A program made the position numbers and the translations under genes. Below, one piece after another: positions 19,108-30,018 of a stretch of 64,000 nt of DNA; position 1 is the first letter of the stretch; every line of letters begins with the position of its first letter. This stretch comes from a virus. Location of the stretch: IMG/VR virus record IMGVR_UViG_3300045988_163663, one strand, 5' to 3'. The notes below the pieces were generated by a model, which saw only the letters and a program-made list of their open reading frames with translations, did no database searches and was not told the origin of the DNA.

Positions 19108-20517
19108 ATGTATAATGTATATGTTTGTAAAGTAAAAAACATTAGACCTGCGGAGAATGCTAATCGTCTGAATGCCTGTGAAGTATTTGGTATTACTACC
19201 ATTGTTGATAAATCCGTGAATGAAAATGACCTCTACGTCTATTTCCCCACGGATGGTCAAATTAGTGAAGAGTTTGGTAAGGCAAATGACCTCTTCCGCC
19301 GCAAGGATGAGAATGGTAATCCGGCGGGCGGTTTCATTGACCCTGTGAAGCGTAATATTGGTGCAATTCGTCTTCGCGGTAATAAGTCCGAAGGTCTTAT
19401 CCTTCCACTTACTTGCCTTACACCTTTTGGTGACATCAGTAATCTGGCCGAAGGTGATATTGTATCTACCTTCAATGGTCATGTAATCGCCGAGAAGTAT
19501 GTGCCGATGCATAAGCCCAGAGTTTCAGAGTCTACTGCACGCGGCGAACACAACCATAAGTCTGCAAAGAAATGCCGCATTAAGTATCCATTCTTCGCAG
19601 AACATATTGATACTCCCCAGCTTCGTTTTAATATGGATATGTTTAAGCCGGGCGACATTATCTGCTTGACCGAGAAGGTCCATGGTACCAGTTCTCGAAA
19701 CGCATATCAGACTGCAATTGTTGGCGAAAACGGTTTCTTCCTTACCAAGCTTATTGCACATAGCAACTGGCTGCCGAAGAAGTGGCGTATGTCCGCACAG
19801 TCTCACCTTACCCCTAAAACTGAAATGCGTTATCTGATTGGTACTCGCCGCACTGTCCTTACTAACAATAGCACCGGCGGCTTTTATGACAATGATGACT
19901 TCCGTAAGGCTTGGGGCGAGCGTTTCAAGGGTAAGCTTCTGCCTAATGAGGAATGCTTCGGTGAAATTGCAGGCTTCTACAAAGATAATTATGGCGGTGC
20001 AGTTCCTATCATGTCTCGTGGAGATAATACTAAAACAAAAGATAAGCAATTTATTAAGCAGTATGGTAAGACTACCACTTTCTCTTATGGATGTACTGAA
20101 ACTGGTTATTACACTTATGGTGATGGTACTCATGAAGAAAGACCGCTTAACCGCTATTTTGTTTACCGTATGACTTATACTACTCCTGAAGGTGTAGTAA
20201 TTGAATATCCTTGGGACCTTGTTAAGCAGCGTGCAGAACAGATGGGTTTTGAAACTGTGCCTGAACTGGAACGTTTCATCTACACCACTGAAGAGGATTT
20301 CCTCGCACGGATTGCCAAGTATGAGGATATTCCTTCTACGATTGATTCTTCTCATGTAATTGAAGGTGTAGTTATTCGCAAGATGAATGGTACACGTTTC
20401 GACGTTGCAAAAGATAAATCTTATAATTTTAAGGTACTTGAGAATCTAATTAAGGTTGATGCCGAAGTGCCGGACATGGAAGAAATTGAAGAAGAAATGA
20501 CTCTGGAGGATAATTAA
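19108..20517 (+). CDS. RNA ligase (Rnl2-like nucleotidyltransferase)
   Basis: LTEKVHGTSSRN matches T4 Rnl2 motif I KIHGTN; EGVVIRK...KDK resembles motifs IV/V. Confidence 0.55.
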   Translation: MYNVYVCKVKNIRPAENANRLNACEVFGITTIVDKSVNENDLYVYFPTDGQISEEFGKANDLFRRKDENGNPAGGFIDPVKRNIGAIRLRGNKSEGLILPLTCLTPFGDISNLAEGDIVSTFNGHVIAEKYVPMHKPRVSESTARGEHNHKSAKKCRIKYPFFAEHIDTPQLRFNMDMFKPGDIICLTEKVHGTSSRNAYQTAIVGENGFFLTKLIAHSNWLPKKWRMSAQSHLTPKTEMRYLIGTRRTVLTNNSTGGFYDNDDFRKAWGERFKGKLLPNEECFGEIAGFYKDNYGGAVPIMSRGDNTKTKDKQFIKQYGKTTTFSYGCTETGYYTYGDGTHEERPLNRYFVYRMTYTTPEGVVIEYPWDLVKQRAEQMGFETVPELERFIYTTEEDFLARIAKYEDIPSTIDSSHVIEGVVIRKMNGTRFDVAKDKSYNFKVLENLIKVDAEVPDMEEIEEEMTLEDN

Positions 20518-20740
20518 TGATTATTGGAATGATTTGCGTCTTAATTGGTGCAATTGTAGGAATTGTATTAGCGAGGGCTACTGATTAATGGGACTATTTT
20601 TCTTAACCATTTTTATTTGTCTTATCTTTTATGCTCTTGGCAGTTTATATAATGATTAAAATACTTATTTTTGGTTTTATAATCATTGCATTCGTAATGT
20701 ATTTATTTTGTAAAACAAACGATTTATAAGGAGAATTAAT

Positions 20741-21043
20741 ATGAGAAGTAGAAGTGGTAGTGTCGCAGTAATTCTTGTTGTAATTATTCTTGTACTTGGC
20801 CTTTTGGTTCTTACTTTCAGTGGTGCGAATTTCCAACGTACCATCAAGAGTTGGAGAAGTAATTACACGGGCGGCCTTTATCGTATTGTGTCTGTCTATG
20901 ATTACAATGGTAATCTCTTGCGGGAATATGGTCCGGCAATGATTGACATTAGCGAGTCAGAAAATGAAACATTCTTTGATTATAATGGTAATCGTATTGT
21001 AATTCATAACGCTATTGTAATCGTTGAAGAAGTAAATAAATAA
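20741..21043 (+). CDS. membrane protein
   Basis: N-terminal TM helix. Confidence 0.4.
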   Translation: MRSRSGSVAVILVVIILVLGLLVLTFSGANFQRTIKSWRSNYTGGLYRIVSVYDYNGNLLREYGPAMIDISESENETFFDYNGNRIVIHNAIVIVEEVNK

Positions 21044-21047
21044 TCAA

Positions 21048-21108
21048 AGAGCCAGAGCAAATCTGGCTCTTTTATTTTTATAAAAAAATTTGTTAAAATA
21101 TATATATA
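21048..21108 (+). promoter_or_regulatory. terminator hairpin plus late promoter-like motif unit
   Basis: AGAGCCAGAgcaaaTCTGGCTCT + TTTT then TTTTTATAAAAAAATTTGTTAAAATATATATATA; same unit at 23440, 27935, 32525, 39635. Confidence 0.55.
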
Positions 21109-21130
21109 AAAATGAGGGAGAAAATAAATT

Positions 21131-21463
21131 ATGAAGTATGTTGCTTATGATTATTTTGATAATTTCTATCCTGGCATTCTTGGTATTTGCAATACCGAAG
21201 CTGATGTGCAGGAACTGATTCTTGCCGCCGCCGAAGAAGAAGCATATAGGGCATTCCTTGATGATTATTATTATGATGAAACTGGATTTACAGTAGAACC
21301 TGGTGAAAACCCTATGAAAGTTTATCTCAATGATAAAATTCTTGACTGGAAAGAGTATAATAAATTTAGATTTCCATTTGATGATAAAAATATTTCTTTC
21401 TATGGTTGGACTCTTCTTATGGCTAGTGAATATTATAACTATTCTATTGGAGAGGAGTATTAA
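21131..21463 (+). CDS. hypothetical protein, tandem paralog 1 of 4
   Basis: Shared C-N-T-x-AD-x-E-x-IL-x-AEEEA core with next three genes. Confidence 0.45.
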   Translation: MKYVAYDYFDNFYPGILGICNTEADVQELILAAAEEEAYRAFLDDYYYDETGFTVEPGENPMKVYLNDKILDWKEYNKFRFPFDDKNISFYGWTLLMASEYYNYSIGEEY

Positions 21464-21465
21464 AA

Positions 21466-21741
21466 ATGAAATATTTAATTTCTGAAATTGATGATGATGC
21501 TTGTTGTGAAATCCCTCGATATATTTGTAACACTCGAGCAGATGCTGAAGAAGCTATCCTTACATTAACTGAAGAAGATGTATATTATCAAGCAATGTAT
21601 GAAGGTGTAGATAACTTCTTCAATAACAGCTTTGAATTTAGAAAATCAAGACATCCAGAAATGAAATGCCAAACTCATTATGGCACAGCTCTTTGGTTTA
21701 TGAGTGGTCGATTTATTATTGAAGAATTAGGAGAATATTAA
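21466..21741 (+). CDS. hypothetical protein, tandem paralog 2 of 4
   Basis: CNTRADAEEAILTLTEED. Confidence 0.45.
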   Translation: MKYLISEIDDDACCEIPRYICNTRADAEEAILTLTEEDVYYQAMYEGVDNFFNNSFEFRKSRHPEMKCQTHYGTALWFMSGRFIIEELGEY

Positions 21742-21742
21742 T

Positions 21743-22030
21743 ATGAAAATTTATACTGTTATTGAAGCTGACTATGAAACTATCCTTAATGTTTACTCTT
21801 TTAAAACTCGTGGCGATGCAGAAGAATTTATTCTTTCAAGTGCCGAAGAATATGCTCTAAATCTATTTAATAGTGATATTGCATATGCTCCTGTTCCCAG
21901 TGGTGCTTATATTTTGTCTGATTGGAAAGATAGAGCTGCCACTCAACATAAGAGTCTCGAATGCTATGGTCTAAGTGAAGGTTCTATTCTATTCCTCCGT
22001 AAAATTTATGAAAGTGAAGTACCGGATTAA
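21743..22030 (+). CDS. hypothetical protein, tandem paralog 3 of 4
   Basis: KTRGDAEEFILSSAEE. Confidence 0.45.
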   Translation: MKIYTVIEADYETILNVYSFKTRGDAEEFILSSAEEYALNLFNSDIAYAPVPSGAYILSDWKDRAATQHKSLECYGLSEGSILFLRKIYESEVPD

Positions 22031-22305
22031 TGAAATACGTCGTTTGGAATAGTTGCAATGATGATTTAATTTGCTGTGATAACCGAGCTTCTGCCGAAGA
22101 ACTTGTTCTATCTATCGCCGAGGAAGAAGCATTTATCGAATATAATTATGGCATTAACAAACTTGATGATGCCGATACTCTTGAAGAATATACAGATACA
22201 TTACGTGATTGGTGGAAGAAATATCAATGTAGTAATGAATGCATTGCTCTTTTCTTTGGCGGAATTAATTACTACATTAGAGCTATTCCAAGTTTGGAGG
22301 ATTAA
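22030..22305 (+). CDS. hypothetical protein, tandem paralog 4 of 4
   Basis: DNRASAEELVLSIAEEEA. Confidence 0.45.
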   Translation: MKYVVWNSCNDDLICCDNRASAEELVLSIAEEEAFIEYNYGINKLDDADTLEEYTDTLRDWWKKYQCSNECIALFFGGINYYIRAIPSLED

Positions 22306-22307
22306 AT

Positions 22308-22538
22308 ATGTATTTTAGATATAAAGTAAACTGGAATTTTGATGACAAGTCAAAAGATGAGACAGGACTTGTGTATTCTGATAATGACGTTGATGAAGGA
22401 TATACTGATGCTATGGAAAAAATTTGTCAATATTTTGATAGCATCAATAAGGTAGAGCTTGAAGCATTCGCCCCTGATGATTGCCTTGAAGTAAGTGCCG
22501 AAGCACTTGATGCAATTCAGGAGAATGTGCTGTGGTAA
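22308..22538 (+). CDS. hypothetical acidic protein
   Basis: ORF 76 aa. Confidence 0.4.
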   Translation: MYFRYKVNWNFDDKSKDETGLVYSDNDVDEGYTDAMEKICQYFDSINKVELEAFAPDDCLEVSAEALDAIQENVLW

Positions 22539-22747
22539 ATTTGCGTCGATGCGGCAGATGCGGCTATCGTGTTCAAGGCCAATGCCGCATCGTCTCTGGC
22601 TTACGTGTCGATGATGAAGACCCAGGCTGCAAATTCTTCTGCTCTAACCCGCCGCATTGTACCAGGTGCGGCACTATCCTTCAAAATAATCAAGTCCTTA
22701 TTGTGGATGACAAAATCTATTGTAAAAATTGTGGGAGTAATATATGA
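22532..22747 (+). CDS. zinc-ribbon protein
   Basis: CGRCG...C, CTRCG, CKNCG. Confidence 0.45.
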   Translation: MVNLRRCGRCGYRVQGQCRIVSGLRVDDEDPGCKFFCSNPPHCTRCGTILQNNQVLIVDDKIYCKNCGSNI

Positions 22748-22946
22748 TTTATAAAATTAAAGCTGAAGGATATCCATATCCTATTCATGTTAATACTGCT
22801 GTTATTCCTATTATGTATATCATTAAAATTGAAAAAAATTTGTACGAATTAACAATGGTTGAATCTTTATCAAAAAGGTATAAACTTACTATTAATGCTC
22901 TCGAAAACCGCGATTTTATTGAATTTATGGGAGGAAAAGTAGAAAA

Positions 22947-23444
22947 ATGATTTTTTTCTTGATCGCCATAGCTATCACTATTGTTTATAGTATTCAGCAG
23001 TATATTAAATATTATAATTTTTCAAAAATTTGGAAGTGGTTTAAGTCCGAATTTCTATGGGCAGCCGTTTGTACTTGTATGGTCGCTATCGCTATCAGTG
23101 GACTATTAGCTGTTATTTATTGTGATAGTCCCAGTGGCAAAGAACATTCAGTAACTAAAATAGAAAATTATCATGAACTTAAGCCTATGTCAGAAGGTAC
23201 TTATATCCAATGGGGTAGCGACAATTCCGCAATTGTTCTTTTAGATAATGGTTATTATCAGACATATAAGCTTGATAATAGTTCAGTATTTATTAAGACC
23301 TGTGCCGATGGCGAAGTACCTAATGTAAAAACAATTAATTATACAAAATATAATGATTATCGTCAATGGCTCTGTCTCTGGAATGCCCTTAGTAATGAAA
23401 CATTTATTACACTTCCTCCTGGAGTTTATAAACCTATTACATAA
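22947..23444 (+). CDS. membrane protein
   Basis: Two TM-like segments. Confidence 0.4.
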   Translation: MIFFLIAIAITIVYSIQQYIKYYNFSKIWKWFKSEFLWAAVCTCMVAIAISGLLAVIYCDSPSGKEHSVTKIENYHELKPMSEGTYIQWGSDNSAIVLLDNGYYQTYKLDNSSVFIKTCADGEVPNVKTINYTKYNDYRQWLCLWNALSNETFITLPPGVYKPIT

Positions 23445-23549
23445 GCCGATTGGTTAACGCCATTCGGCTTCTTTTATTTTTATAAAAAAATATTGTAAAA
23501 TATATATAAAGAAATGAGAAATAAAAAAATTAACAAGGAGGCATATATC

Positions 23550-23903
23550 ATGAGTGTTGAATATGAAGCGTTTGTCGGTCGTGGTTTTATGTTTGGTGAA
23601 GACGGAACTCCTACTTTCAGAGAATATTGCGAACGAGTAAAGATTGACCCGAATGAAGCATTTGAAATTCTTCAAGAAGATGACCTTGTAATTTCTGATT
23701 GCTATGGCTATGATTGGCTGGATCATATCTTTTTTGGTTATCGTCTTTTTAGTATTGACCTTGATTCATCATTCAATTATAATCGTCTTAACCATTTTGA
23801 AATTGATGTAAATAAAGAACATGAAATGGAAAAAAAGTTTAATGAAGTATTTGGTGAATATCCGCCAATTTTTAGTAGCTATATTGTAGAGAGGGCATAT
23901 TAA
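23550..23903 (+). CDS. hypothetical protein
   Basis: ATG with AAGGAGG RBS. Confidence 0.45.
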   Translation: MSVEYEAFVGRGFMFGEDGTPTFREYCERVKIDPNEAFEILQEDDLVISDCYGYDWLDHIFFGYRLFSIDLDSSFNYNRLNHFEIDVNKEHEMEKKFNEVFGEYPPIFSSYIVERAY

Positions 23904-24235
23904 TGGATGGCTTAATTATTATTAATCATTTGCCGCTTGATGAAGGCAATTATGATTTTATGGATACATATAATTTTATTGCCTTAACGCCTCAGCTTAC
24001 TTGGCAAGAAACATTCCAAGAGATTGAAGAAGTGCGGCGGACGGTTGTGGAGGATGTAGCAGATGACCTTATCTATTATATCCAGAAGCAAATCTATGAA
24101 ACAAGTCTTGAAGCGGCAGAACAGTGGTTCCTATACGAAACGTCTTGCCTGCTTGGGCAAGGTAAATTGGCATTTATGTCTTATGTAGACAAATTTATTG
24201 AATTTATTTATGTGGAGGGTGTGAAACAATGGTAA
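23903..24235 (+). CDS. hypothetical protein
   Basis: ORF 110 aa. Confidence 0.4.
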   Translation: MDGLIIINHLPLDEGNYDFMDTYNFIALTPQLTWQETFQEIEEVRRTVVEDVADDLIYYIQKQIYETSLEAAEQWFLYETSCLLGQGKLAFMSYVDKFIEFIYVEGVKQW

Positions 24236-24564
24236 TAACTGACGAGGATAAATTGATTATTGAAGGGGTAATTGGTCCCAAAGATAGTGCGAGTAGAGTT
24301 ATTTATAAGGCATTGAAATCTATTCCTGATAGTGCTATGATGGTACAGGCAAATCTGACTAATACTCATAGTATTTGGATTGTACGTGAAGGTATGGTAC
24401 AAACAATTAAAATTGCACTTGATAGATGCAGCTGTCATAAGGATATTGATTATACTGTTATTGATAATCCGCCTTATTACGATGCAATTTTTGTTGTAAT
24501 TAAAGACCCAGTAGATTATTCTAAGGGTATGTATCAGTATAGAATTAAGGAGTGGAAAAAGTAA
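24229..24564 (+). CDS. hypothetical protein
   Basis: ORF 111 aa. Confidence 0.4.
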   Translation: MVITDEDKLIIEGVIGPKDSASRVIYKALKSIPDSAMMVQANLTNTHSIWIVREGMVQTIKIALDRCSCHKDIDYTVIDNPPYYDAIFVVIKDPVDYSKGMYQYRIKEWKK

Positions 24565-24905
24565 TGGATAAGAATTGTAAATATTGGAATAGTTCTCATA
24601 GCTCCAACAGTAAGAACAATCTGAAACGTAAGATTATTCATCGTATCAAGAAGATGAATAAGAATTTGCACGATGATCCTCTGTGGCAGGGCAGATTTGA
24701 AATCCGTTGTGACGATATTTTTCATGCAACTTATGAAGATGGCAGCGGCAATTATGCCATTGTATATCTAACTATTTGGGATAAAGAAAAGAAACTACTT
24801 GGCAGTAAAAGATTTGATGACCTTGATTTTACTATGTTCAATGGGTATCATTTCTGGGAATGGGTAAATCAATTCGTTTGTGATTGCAATATGGAGGATA
24901 AATAA
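24552..24905 (+). CDS. hypothetical protein
   Basis: ORF 117 aa. Confidence 0.4.
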   Translation: MEKVMDKNCKYWNSSHSSNSKNNLKRKIIHRIKKMNKNLHDDPLWQGRFEIRCDDIFHATYEDGSGNYAIVYLTIWDKEKKLLGSKRFDDLDFTMFNGYHFWEWVNQFVCDCNMEDK

Positions 24906-25367
24906 ATGACTATTGTGGCTTTTGTTATTGGCATTATTCTTATTATTGTTGGTGTCATGCTTAATTTAAGATATGGCTCTTATGAAGAAAAAGGCGTAGG
25001 CTGGGTAGTAGTTGGCGGCATCCTTGCATTTTTTGCAGCTGTTGGCATTATCGTTTGTGCTCTATCAATTAGTAAAGTGCCTGAATACAATAAGAAAATT
25101 GAAGTATATGAAACTGAAATGCAAACCATCCAAGTGACAATTAATGATGTAGTCGCTAATTATCTTGACCACGAAAAAGATACATATGCTGCATTGACTC
25201 CTGAAAATGCTATTATCTTCGCATCTATTTATCCTGAATTGTCCAGTAGTGAATTAGTTAAACGGCAGTTGGAAATTTACAATAATTATCTAGTGAGCAT
25301 TAAGAATTGTAAACTTGCCCTTGCAGAAGTATCTACGGCAAAGTGGTGGTTGTATTTTGGTCATTAA
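24906..25367 (+). CDS. membrane protein
   Basis: Two TM helices at N-terminus. Confidence 0.4.
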   Translation: MTIVAFVIGIILIIVGVMLNLRYGSYEEKGVGWVVVGGILAFFAAVGIIVCALSISKVPEYNKKIEVYETEMQTIQVTINDVVANYLDHEKDTYAALTPENAIIFASIYPELSSSELVKRQLEIYNNYLVSIKNCKLALAEVSTAKWWLYFGH

Positions 25368-25558
25368 ATTAATGTTGGCAATTATCCATTCTACAATAGA
25401 CCCGCTATGGTTTCTCATTCCGGGTCTAATTCTATTAGGAGTAGCTATTTATTTACGTTTACATTTAGAAGATTAAATTTTATATAGAACTATTTTCTAA
25501 ATATATTATACAAAAAAATTTTAATTATGTCAAACCATTTTGGGCAAAGGAGGACAAT

Positions 25559-25999
25559 ATGTCATAGGACTATTTATATGAATTTTGGTCGCCAGAAGGC
25601 GATTATAAGAAAGTGTGTGCAACACCTGCCGAAGCACGAAGATATGATATCACTGGCAGCATGTTAATGGATGTAGCTTGTGATTGCTATGAGAAACATT
25701 CAGATAAGTATCGCGATGTAGCTGATGTATTGAGTCAGTGTTATTATACTAAAACTTTAATTACAGATGAAGCTTGTTATAAAAAGGATAAAGATTGTTT
25801 TAGACTTACAGGTTATACTCCTTATGGAGAATATAGCACTTGGCTTATTGCTAATGGTTCTAATAGTGTAGAGCAATTTGAGCATTGGATGAAAGAAGAA
25901 CTAACAGCTGATTGGTGGCCGGAGCATCGTGATGAATACGATGATAAGGAAGATTTCTATAACGCTTGTTATTGTGTAATAGAAAAAATTGAAAAATAA
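25559..25999 (+). CDS. hypothetical Cys-containing protein (TAG at codon 3)
   Basis: ATG at 25559 with AAGGAGG RBS; in-frame TAG then same frame as listed ORF 25613. Confidence 0.45.
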
Positions 26000-26045
26000 A
26001 AAATAATATTATATAATATTTATATAATAAAGGAGGAAATATTAT

Positions 26046-27203
26046 ATGAGTTATTTATTTACCAGTGAAAGCGTTTTTGCCGGTCATCCTGATAAGGTTT
26101 GTGATTAGGTAAGTGATGCTATTCTGGATTATGTCCTCCAGCTTGATCCTGATGCACGAGTAGCTTGTGAATGTACTATTAGCCCAGGCATCTTCCATAT
26201 TATGGGAGAGATCACAGCTAAAACAGAACAATCTATTCCTTATCAGGAAATTGCAAGAGAGACTTTAAGATTTATTGGTTATGACAATGATGAAGCAGGA
26301 TTTAACTGCGACACTTGTTCATATATTATTAATGTAGTAAATCAATCCCCTGACATCGCTGCGGGTGTTGATAGGGATGGTGCTGGCGACCAAGGCATGA
26401 TGTTTGGTTATGCAACCAATGAAACAGAAAATTATATGCCTATCGCTCAGCAACTTGCTAACAATATCTCGGTCATTATGTTTAGTAAGTATAAAAATGA
26501 TTTGCTACCTTGGGCATTACCTGACGGCAAATGCCAGATAACTGTCCAATACGATGATGATGGCAACTTTGAAGGGGTAGATACAATTGTCGTATCGGCC
26601 CAACACAAAGACAAGTATAGTATTAAGGAAATAACGCCCGATATTACGAACATTTGTAATATTGCCCTTCAAGGTTATGCCATTAAAAAAGATTGTAAAT
26701 TTTATATTAACCCAACAGGTAAGTTTGTGAAGGGCGGTCCCCAGGCTGATACTGGATTAACAGGACGTAAAATCGTTGTAGATACATATGGTGGCTACGC
26801 TCCGCATGGTGGTGGAGCATTCAGTGGCAAAGACCCCAGTAAGGTAGACCGTAGTGGTGCATATATGGCACGTTATGTAGCTAAAAATCTTGTAGCTTCT
26901 GGCGTTTGCGATAAGTGCATGATTCAAGTTGCTTATATCATTGGGCAGACAGAACCTGCATCTATTGATATTAATTGTTTTGGCACAGAGAAGAAACCTA
27001 TTGCTGAAATTCTTGATGCAGTTAATCAGACATTTGATTTTGCACCACGCAGTATTATTCATAAATTTGATTTAAAGCATACTCGTTATCTGCCCTATGC
27101 TTGCTTCGGTCATTTTGGTCGCATTGAATGCAATAGCCCTTGGGAACAGCTCGATAAAGTAGAAGAATTAAAAACAATTTTTGATTTTAAAAAGGAGAAC
27201 TAA
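26046..27203 (+). CDS. metK: S-adenosylmethionine synthetase
   Basis: FTSESV..GHPDKVCD(TAG)VSDAILD aligns to MetK HPDKIADQISDAVLD; GDQGMMFGYATNET and GGGAFSGKDPSKVDRS motifs. Confidence 0.8.
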
Positions 27204-27292
27204 TATGGACCCCGTAATTATTCTGGTTATTGCTATTGTTGTCATTGGCGGATTGTATTTTTATAACTATAAGAAAGGAACCAAGTATTAAT

Positions 27293-27526
27293 ATGATTTA
27301 TTGCCTCGTTCCAAAAGATGAACTAAAAGATTTGCTCTATGATAGTTTGCGGCTTCAGGCGTTAGACTGTGGCGGCGTTGACAATTGGGATTGGTACGGT
27401 GCATCTATTAGAGATTTTATTGATGCGGCCAAAGCAGATTATAATGTTCCAGAAGATGATGATGATTTCGACATTAGCGATATGGCTGATGTAGATGTTG
27501 AAGGTTATAGAACAGTGGAGGAATAA
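27293..27526 (+). CDS. hypothetical acidic protein
   Basis: ORF 77 aa. Confidence 0.4.
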   Translation: MIYCLVPKDELKDLLYDSLRLQALDCGGVDNWDWYGASIRDFIDAAKADYNVPEDDDDFDISDMADVDVEGYRTVEE

Positions 27527-27528
27527 TT

Positions 27529-27939
27529 ATGTTATTGTATCTTCTTGCTATTGTTATTTGCGTAGTTTGTTTTATCATTGGAAAAATTTTAAGTGATAAT
27601 TTTAGTGATTGGAGTGTTCTTCCATTCACCGTAGGTTTTATGACGGCTCTTGTGGTATTTATTAGTACCATTGTTTTCATTAGTCAGGGAGTCAGAGAAC
27701 CTATTGAGCACGCAAATATTGAAGCCGAACGTGATGTTATTGTTTATCAGGTAGAGCATCATGATAGTTTTCTTGAAACTTCAAGAGTCGGCGTGAATGA
27801 ATTGTATTATACTCAAGTAAAAGAGTTCAATGAAAAAGTGCGTATTCATCAGTTTTATAGGAGTAATCCTTGGACAAGCTGGTATGAGCAGCCATTTTGG
27901 TCAGAAATTGAATTGATTGATTATACAGAGGAGTCTTGA
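27529..27939 (+). CDS. membrane protein
   Basis: Two TM segments. Confidence 0.4.
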   Translation: MLLYLLAIVICVVCFIIGKILSDNFSDWSVLPFTVGFMTALVVFISTIVFISQGVREPIEHANIEAERDVIVYQVEHHDSFLETSRVGVNELYYTQVKEFNEKVRIHQFYRSNPWTSWYEQPFWSEIELIDYTEES

Positions 27940-28032
27940 TAAGAGACTCCTCTTTTATTTTTATAAAAAAATATTATAAAATATATATATAAAGAAATGA
28001 GAGATATAAAGAATTTTAAAGGAGACGATACT

Positions 28033-28191
28033 ATGGACAAGATTAGAAATGAAGAAGTTGTCAATGCTTATAATAAGGTCGTTGATCTCTGTGTAAGTAA
28101 TTATGAGTATATTGACAATGATGAAGCAGAAGAAATTGACATGGCTCTTGATATTCTTTATAAGCAGCTTTTTGAGGAGGGTGACAGATAA
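28033..28191 (+). CDS. hypothetical small protein
   Basis: ATG after AAAGGAGACGATACT. Confidence 0.4.
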   Translation: MDKIRNEEVVNAYNKVVDLCVSNYEYIDNDEAEEIDMALDILYKQLFEEGDR

Positions 28192-28901
28192 TGGCTCTTG
28201 TTGCTAAATCTTATCAGGATTTGGAAATTGTCCGTGATACTTATATTGAAAATGGTAAACGTTATTGTGATGTGCGGACCAAGGATGGCAAGGTCAAGCG
28301 TGTTAAATCGTATACCACAGCAGAGTATGACCGCTATTATCCTCCTGTGAAAGTTATTAAACCTGGCAATCGTAAGCATATTCTTGGTTTTGATAATGGC
28401 TATATTACTCTATTTAAGGGTAATACCTATGAGAATCTTGAATGGTTTGAACGCTCTAATGCTCGTTTCCACACTATGTTTAAGTGGTATGTTGTTTCTA
28501 CAGAAGAAGTTCCTGCCGATGTACCTGACGGCATTACGCCAGTGCAGCTGCCTTGGGAGCTTGTAGGTAATGACGACGGCACTCTGAAAGATACAGTAGT
28601 TATTAATAAGGTAGTTGAAAACCTTATTTATGATGAAGGCAATAGCCGCTATCAGGGTGAAGTTGGGGACAAGATTGAGCGTGATGTAAAAGTAATTAAA
28701 AACATTGAAGCAGAAAATTATTATGGTGTTAACCATATTATGACATTCATTGATGCCAATGAGAATCTGTACTGTTGGAGTACAGCAGCCAAGAATTGGG
28801 AAATTGGTAAAGAACTTACCATTAAGGGAACTATTAAGTCTCTTGGAACTTACCAGAAGCAGAAAATTACTTATTTGACGAGGTGTAGTGAAGTTGGATA
28901 A
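28191..28901 (+). CDS. hypothetical protein
   Basis: ORF 236 aa. Confidence 0.45.
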   Translation: MALVAKSYQDLEIVRDTYIENGKRYCDVRTKDGKVKRVKSYTTAEYDRYYPPVKVIKPGNRKHILGFDNGYITLFKGNTYENLEWFERSNARFHTMFKWYVVSTEEVPADVPDGITPVQLPWELVGNDDGTLKDTVVINKVVENLIYDEGNSRYQGEVGDKIERDVKVIKNIEAENYYGVNHIMTFIDANENLYCWSTAAKNWEIGKELTIKGTIKSLGTYQKQKITYLTRCSEVG

Positions 28902-29169
28902 TTGGATGGACGTATTTGATGCATATGCTGAAGAAGTTTATCAGCATATGATTGTTGAAAAGCATTCTAATGCTCTTAAATATGGTAAGATTGCTATTGA
29001 TTTACAGAGTGAAGAGAATGGAAACTATTATCGTTTGCGTATAATCCTTTGGGATGATATAGTTTATGCAGATTGGATGCGTAATGGAATAGTTATTTTT
29101 TGTGAGCCGATTTCTGACAAGAAAAGTTATAATGAAAGGATTGAAATGAGTAATTGGAATTTGACATGA
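28888..29169 (+). CDS. hypothetical protein
   Basis: ORF 93 aa. Confidence 0.4.
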   Translation: MKLDNWMDVFDAYAEEVYQHMIVEKHSNALKYGKIAIDLQSEENGNYYRLRIILWDDIVYADWMRNGIVIFCEPISDKKSYNERIEMSNWNLT

Positions 29170-29582
29170 GCAAGGTAATGTCTGGTCCAGGCAATCCTTT
29201 TGTATTTAATCAGATGGATTTTTTAATGGGTCGTATTAAGAAAGAAGACACATTAAATAAATACCATATGCTTCTTAAATCAGGCAGAGTTATTCTTGAA
29301 GACTATTGGTGTTGGCATGGTCATGAATGGTATAAAGCATTAGTTAAATGTCTTAATGATTTTTATATTGTAATTATATCAGAAATAGATGTAATTAGTA
29401 TAGAAAGAATAGAAAATCCAACAGTAGATTCTATCTATATGGAATATATATTGGCAAGCAGAATGAGAGGAGATGAAGTTGATGGCGACTCTATATATGA
29501 TGTGCGGCTTGAGTGCAAATGGAAAGACTACATTCGCGAAATCCTTCGCAAAGATGAATCACATCCGGTATGTAAACCCTGA
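29154..29582 (+). CDS. hypothetical protein
   Basis: ORF 142 aa; 3' end overlaps kinase gene by about 110 nt in another frame. Confidence 0.35.
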   Translation: MEFDMSKVMSGPGNPFVFNQMDFLMGRIKKEDTLNKYHMLLKSGRVILEDYWCWHGHEWYKALVKCLNDFYIVIISEIDVISIERIENPTVDSIYMEYILASRMRGDEVDGDSIYDVRLECKWKDYIREILRKDESHPVCKP

Positions 29583-30018
29583 TGAATTGTATGCTGTCTT
29601 TAATGGTGATGAATGCAACCGTAGTCATAAGTTCGAAGTTTGGCAGACATTGTATCAGATTGTACATTGTGCAGAACTGGACAATGCAGATATTATCATT
29701 GATACTAACTGTTTGACTCTTGGACAGAGAGAAGAAATCAGAAGCCGTTTCCCCCATTTCGATAACTATCAGCTTATGGTTATTATTGCTAGCGTAGAAA
29801 ATTCAAAGGAATGGAACTCCCAGAGACATAGAGTAGTGCCGCAGCAGGAGCTTGAACGGCAGGCACGTATTGTAGACTGGCCTAATTTGACTGACCATTA
29901 TAATGGTTGGAATAATATTAGATATTATTATAATGATGGCTCTCTGTTTACTAAATATCGTGAAATTTATGATGGTGAAGACCATGACTTGCGGCAGGAG
30001 AAGGAGGATAATAAGTAA
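29473..30018 (+). CDS. P-loop polynucleotide kinase-like protein
   Basis: GLSANGKTTFAK Walker A and IIDTNCLTLGQRE resembling T4 Pnk ISDTNLNPERR. Confidence 0.55.
   Translation: MKLMATLYMMCGLSANGKTTFAKSFAKMNHIRYVNPDELYAVFNGDECNRSHKFEVWQTLYQIVHCAELDNADIIIDTNCLTLGQREEIRSRFPHFDNYQLMVIIASVENSKEWNSQRHRVVPQQELERQARIVDWPNLTDHYNGWNNIRYYYNDGSLFTKYREIYDGEDHDLRQEKEDNK

Noticed and set aside
22076-22318. Overlapping 80-aa ORF 22076-22318 inside paralog 4 (22030-22305)
   Set aside because: It is an alternative frame of a gene belonging to a clear four-member paralog array and has no independent start signals.
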